This document shows positions 60,362 through 64,000 of a stretch of DNA of 64,000 nucleotides, in pieces. Both the position numbers and the translations under genes were made by a program. This stretch comes from an uncultured delta proteobacterium (GTDB lineage: Bacteria; Myxococcota_A; Polyangia; Fen-1088), in the NCBI GenBank assembly GCA_963755125.1, contig CAVWIP010000008.1:437557-501556 (forward strand). The letters run 5' to 3'. A model generated the notes under the pieces. The model searched no databases and was not told the origin of the DNA. It saw only the letters and a list, made by a program, of their open reading frames with translations. Position 1 is the first letter of the stretch; every line of letters begins with the position of its first letter.

Positions 60362-61170
60362 GCGCTGCTGATTCGGCGGAGGAAATCGAGGAACCGGGCG
60401 AACGAGTCGCGGGCCGCGCGCACGTCATAGGCCGGTCCGGTGTCGTTGAAGAAGGAATGCGCTGCTCCTTCGTAAACGTGGCTCTCGAAGCTCTTGCCCG
60501 CGGCGGCCATGGCCTGGGCAAACGCGGGCAGGGTGGCGCTGATCCGTTGATCGAGGCCGGCGTAGAAACCGATCACCGGACAGCCGATGCCGGGCACGCG
60601 CTCAGCGGGCGGCGACATGCCGTAGAAGATCGCCGCGCCCGCGAGTTCCGGCTCCTCGCAGGCCAACAGCGCCGTCAGCCCGCCGCCCATGCAGAAGCCC
60701 ACGCAAGCCACCTTCTGCCCACGCGAGCTGGGGCAGGTTTGGCGCAGGTAGTGGGTGGCGGCCTTCAGCGCCGGAAGGTGCGAGTCAGTGTGCCCCACGC
60801 CCGCGAACAGCGCCCGGTAGCTCTCGCCGACCCGGGCCTGGGCCGGTTGCGGCAGCTTGGCCAGCTCAGCTTCGCGCGCCTCGGGGTTGGCCCGCACCGC
60901 CAGGGCCAAACCGGCCATGAACGCGCGCACCTCGCTCACCCGTTCGGCGCGCAAGACTTCGGGCCGCGTTCCGCCCTTCGCGTACAGATCAGGCGCCAGC
61001 ACCGCATAGCCGGCGGCGGCGATGCGACGGGCGACATCCTGGATGTGCTCGTCAACGCCCCAGATCTCCTGGATGACGACAACCCCGGGAAGTGCGCTCT
61101 CGACGCGTCCGGGTCTGGCCAGGTAACCTGAATGATTCCCGTAGCTGACCCAATCCGTGGTCACGGGCAT
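60358..61170 (-). CDS. Dienelactone hydrolase family protein
   Basis: IQEIWG, APDLY, GFCMGG, AAHSFFND. Confidence 0.93.
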   Translation of the reverse strand: MPVTTDWVSYGNHSGYLARPGRVESALPGVVVIQEIWGVDEHIQDVARRIAAAGYAVLAPDLYAKGGTRPEVLRAERVSEVRAFMAGLALAVRANPEAREAELAKLPQPAQARVGESYRALFAGVGHTDSHLPALKAATHYLRQTCPSSRGQKVACVGFCMGGGLTALLACEEPELAGAAIFYGMSPPAERVPGIGCPVIGFYAGLDQRISATLPAFAQAMAAAGKSFESHVYEGAAHSFFNDTGPAYDVRAARDSFARFLDFLRRISSA

Positions 61171-61534
61171 GACAACTGCTACGATAGCGTGCCCGCAGCC
61201 GCTGCGCCCAAACATTTCCGATGCCGACTCCGCACGTCGCGTTCAGTTCGAGGTGGCCTCGCTGGGCGACCCAAGCTGCGCGGAGGCGCGGCAGATTTGA
61301 TCCGCATGAGAATTCCTAATCCGCTGGGTTTCCTCGCTTCCGAGAGTTGTGGCCGCGTCGACAATTCCGGCGCGGCACGACTGACCTTGCCCTGCTCGTA
61401 GGCCGCGTGGCCCGAGACTCCGGCGAAGCGGTCCGGCGCCCTTCAACCTTGAAGAGTTTGATCCGCTGGCCGAGGCCCTCCGGACAGACGAGAACGAGGG
61501 GGAGCGCGTTTGATGCCCTTTTTCGGACACGCTC

Positions 61535-61885
61535 TTAGCGTCGACCGCCTGGTCTGCCCCCGGAATGCCCAACAGCGGGACGCCCGCGGGGTGGCTCATA
61601 GGTGTGTCGCACTGGCGGACCTTGCATGCGACGCTGGTAGAGCGCTGCTGGCTCCCGGTCGTAGTGATTCCAGCGACCACCTTCCCGGTAGTACCATTGG
61701 TTGCCATACCAGTAGGCTGGCCGCCCCTCGAAGTAGACTGGCTCGGTCGTGGCGATATACCCATCGGGAGGGTAATCGCCGTAGCCAATTATGGGAACGC
61801 ATCCTGGGGCGGCTGCGAGCGTCGCGCTCAAGCTGACTGCGCACGCAAACCTTCGAAGCATTCTTGTCTGCTTGCCCAACCTCAT
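61535..61885 (-). CDS. Small Tyr/Trp-rich putative lipoprotein
   Basis: AAPGC, PPDGYIATTEPVYFEGRPAYWYGNQWYYR; ATGA overlap with the upstream gene. Confidence 0.75.
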   Translation of the reverse strand: MRLGKQTRMLRRFACAVSLSATLAAAPGCVPIIGYGDYPPDGYIATTEPVYFEGRPAYWYGNQWYYREGGRWNHYDREPAALYQRRMQGPPVRHTYEPPRGRPAVGHSGGRPGGRR

Positions 61886-62790
61886 TCGTTCCCTCCGTTG
61901 CTGTGACCGGCATGCTCGCCGAGCCTCCGCGCATACTCGGCGCGCTGATCTGGGGTGAGCACAGGGCTCACTGCCTCGACAAAGTGCGCTAGGTAGGCCG
62001 CGCCCCAGCCAGCTAGGTGCGCATTCGCGACGTTCGCACCCTTGAGCGCCTTCGCATCGAACTTCTCGCTGCGGAATGCATCGCCAAATTCCCGGATGTG
62101 CGTGGCGATCTCCTGCGGGTCAAGCCGCGGCACACCCTTCATTCCTTCGCCGAATCCCGCACGGATCTTGTCCACTTGATCTTGCGTCAGACCAAGATCG
62201 GTCGTGAGCATCGCGAGCCGACTACCCTCCGGATTCGCGGGATCGGACTCCTCGGCATTCGCCTTTTGCCAGACCGACCAGTGCGCCTCGACCTTGTCGA
62301 CAAGCGCGACTCGCTCGGGTGGCGTCAGCACCGCATGCAACTCGTTCAGCGCATCTGCGGATGCATCGTGCACTTTCGCAGCCGCGGCTGACACCTGGGC
62401 GATTGCGGCGTCCACGGTCGTCGCGTCGAGGTTTGCCGCGGCAACCCCCTCGGCCAGTGCAGCCGCCAGCTTTTGCTGCGCGGCACGCGCCGGCTCCATG
62501 CGAGCGTGCAAATCCCTTCGAATCTTCTCCACAGCCGTCCGCTCTTCGGGCGAGACGCCGAGCGTGTCGAGGCTCAAGGCGATGATGAGCGTCACGCCAC
62601 CGTGGTGGTGGTGGCGGTGGTGCTCCGTCAAACCCGCCGCAACCTCGTCGACCTCGGAGGCGCTTGCAGCGGTAGCCGGGGGCCGAGCGTTGGCGGAAGC
62701 CCCGCCACAATTGACTGCCGCCAATGCCCCGAAGAGCAATGTCGCGATCATTCCCATCTTGCTCGGGTTCAAGACCCTCTGATGTTCCAT
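61882..62790 (-). CDS. Spy/CpxP-like (LTXXQ) lipoprotein with His tract
   Basis: AAVNC, EHHRHHHH, LTPPER, LTQDQ, LTPDQR; start codon uncertain. Confidence 0.78.
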   Translation of the reverse strand: MEHQRVLNPSKMGMIATLLFGALAAVNCGGASANARPPATAASASEVDEVAAGLTEHHRHHHHGGVTLIIALSLDTLGVSPEERTAVEKIRRDLHARMEPARAAQQKLAAALAEGVAAANLDATTVDAAIAQVSAAAAKVHDASADALNELHAVLTPPERVALVDKVEAHWSVWQKANAEESDPANPEGSRLAMLTTDLGLTQDQVDKIRAGFGEGMKGVPRLDPQEIATHIREFGDAFRSEKFDAKALKGANVANAHLAGWGAAYLAHFVEAVSPVLTPDQRAEYARRLGEHAGHSNGGNE

Positions 62791-63380
62791 TGGTATGGCA
62801 ACCATGTGCCGAATTTTTCCCCGACGCAAGGTGGCCCACAAGGTGGCCCAGGGCGAGTCGCGAACATCTGGGGCACTCATCGTGATCTTCCGTCTCTTGG
62901 ATGCGCGGCCTCCGCACGGTCGGCCTCAGGCTGACGTGCGAGCGTTCATCGCGGAGCCGGGGTTCGCCGCTGGCACGCCAACAACCGCCGCGGAGGCCAG
63001 CGCGTGAGCGCATCCGAGCAGACCCTGAACGGCGCACCACCGTGGTCATCGGAAAGTTCCACCGCGTCCGTAGCGTTGTGCTCAACGCCGATTGGGCACT
63101 CAACCGAGAGGGTCGCTATCGAGCGCTCGTTCCGAAGGTGTCGCAGGCCGCAGGATCGCCGCGGGGTCGCATATCTGTCCCGAAGGACCAAGAAATCGGT
63201 CAGACGCGGGTCGTTCGGGCGACGTCACGATCCAGGGCGCGTAGCCCTCGAACCAGGGCGGGTAGGAAGCGAGATGACCACGCGCAACGTGGAAGTCAAG
63301 ATGGCGTGGCTTCAGAATCCTGATACGGCCGAGGGATGTCGATCCGACGCGATTTCAAGATATCGAGATCCGCAGGGGCA

Positions 63381-64000
63381 TTGCTGAATCGGTCGCTCCT
63401 GCGTGTGGCCAAGCGGGGCGCGAGCGTGTTGGCCTGGATCGCCTGCGCGGCCACACATCCGCCCTGCGGCCAGGCCGAGGCTCTGCCCGCCCCGGTACCC
63501 GGCCGGGACGCAAGCGTTGCAGAGGGCGACTCCACCCGGATCGCGCGCGAGGCGATGGTGCAAGAGCAGATCGAGGCGCGCGGGGTGAGAAACGCAGCTG
63601 TGCTCGCGGGCATGCGCAGGGTGCCGCGACACGAGTTCATGCCCGAGAACGTGCGCTCCCTCGCCTACTACGATCGGCCGGTGCCCATCGGCCTGGGCCA
63701 AACCATCAGCCAACCCTACGTCGTGGCCCTGATGACCGAGTTGGCAGCGGTGGGGCGCGGTAGCCGCGTGCTTGAGATCGGCACCGGCTCAGGCTACCAG
63801 GCTGCAGTTCTCGCCGAGCTGGGCACCGATGTCTACTCCATTGAGATCCTGGCTCCGCTGAGAGAACGCGCGGTCGAGATCCTGGCGCGACTCGGGTACG
63901 GGCAGGTGAAGACCCGCGTGGGTGATGGCTATCTGGGCTGGCCCGAGGCCGCTCCCTTCGACGCCATCATCGTCACCGCCGCACCTGCCCGCGTGCCGGA
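63381..64000 (+). CDS. pcm: Protein-L-isoaspartate O-methyltransferase (runs off window end)
   Basis: My translation: VPRHEF, GQTISQPYVV, VLEIGTGSGYQAA, GDGYLGWPEAAPFDAIIVTAA. Confidence 0.93.
   Translation, partial: MLNRSLLRVAKRGASVLAWIACAATHPPCGQAEALPAPVPGRDASVAEGDSTRIAREAMVQEQIEARGVRNAAVLAGMRRVPRHEFMPENVRSLAYYDRPVPIGLGQTISQPYVVALMTELAAVGRGSRVLEIGTGSGYQAAVLAELGTDVYSIEILAPLRERAVEILARLGYGQVKTRVGDGYLGWPEAAPFDAIIVTAAPARVP

Overview
High-GC bacterial DNA. The gene content (Gly/Cys-rich lipoproteins, a giant TPR protein, PEGA/TPR Ser/Thr kinases) suggests a myxobacterium; this is inference. Bases ~1-27 kb are a scrambled accessory region: IS21, IS1182 and rve-integrase remnants, an intact IS3 splitting a 586-aa gene, two type II TA modules (one with an in-frame TGA in the toxin), several secreted lipoproteins/beta-propellers, a GH13 enzyme, and several families of non-coding repeats at the junctions. 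27-36 kb is a type I R-M operon (hsdM-hsdS-darT-darG-hsdR-M48) with a DarTG ADP-ribosylation module inserted. 36-44 kb encodes a 2605-aa TPR-like protein. 50.5-57.4 kb holds the most unusual locus: a HEAT-repeat/PilT fusion, a second PilT, a soluble TPR-Ser/Thr kinase and a lipoprotein, with no pilus genes in the window. It is followed by only the 5' half of a tRNA-Arg(CCG) gene, a DLH-MFS-anSME operon, Spy/CpxP-like genes and a partial pcm. All family calls come from reading motifs by eye; no database searches were run.
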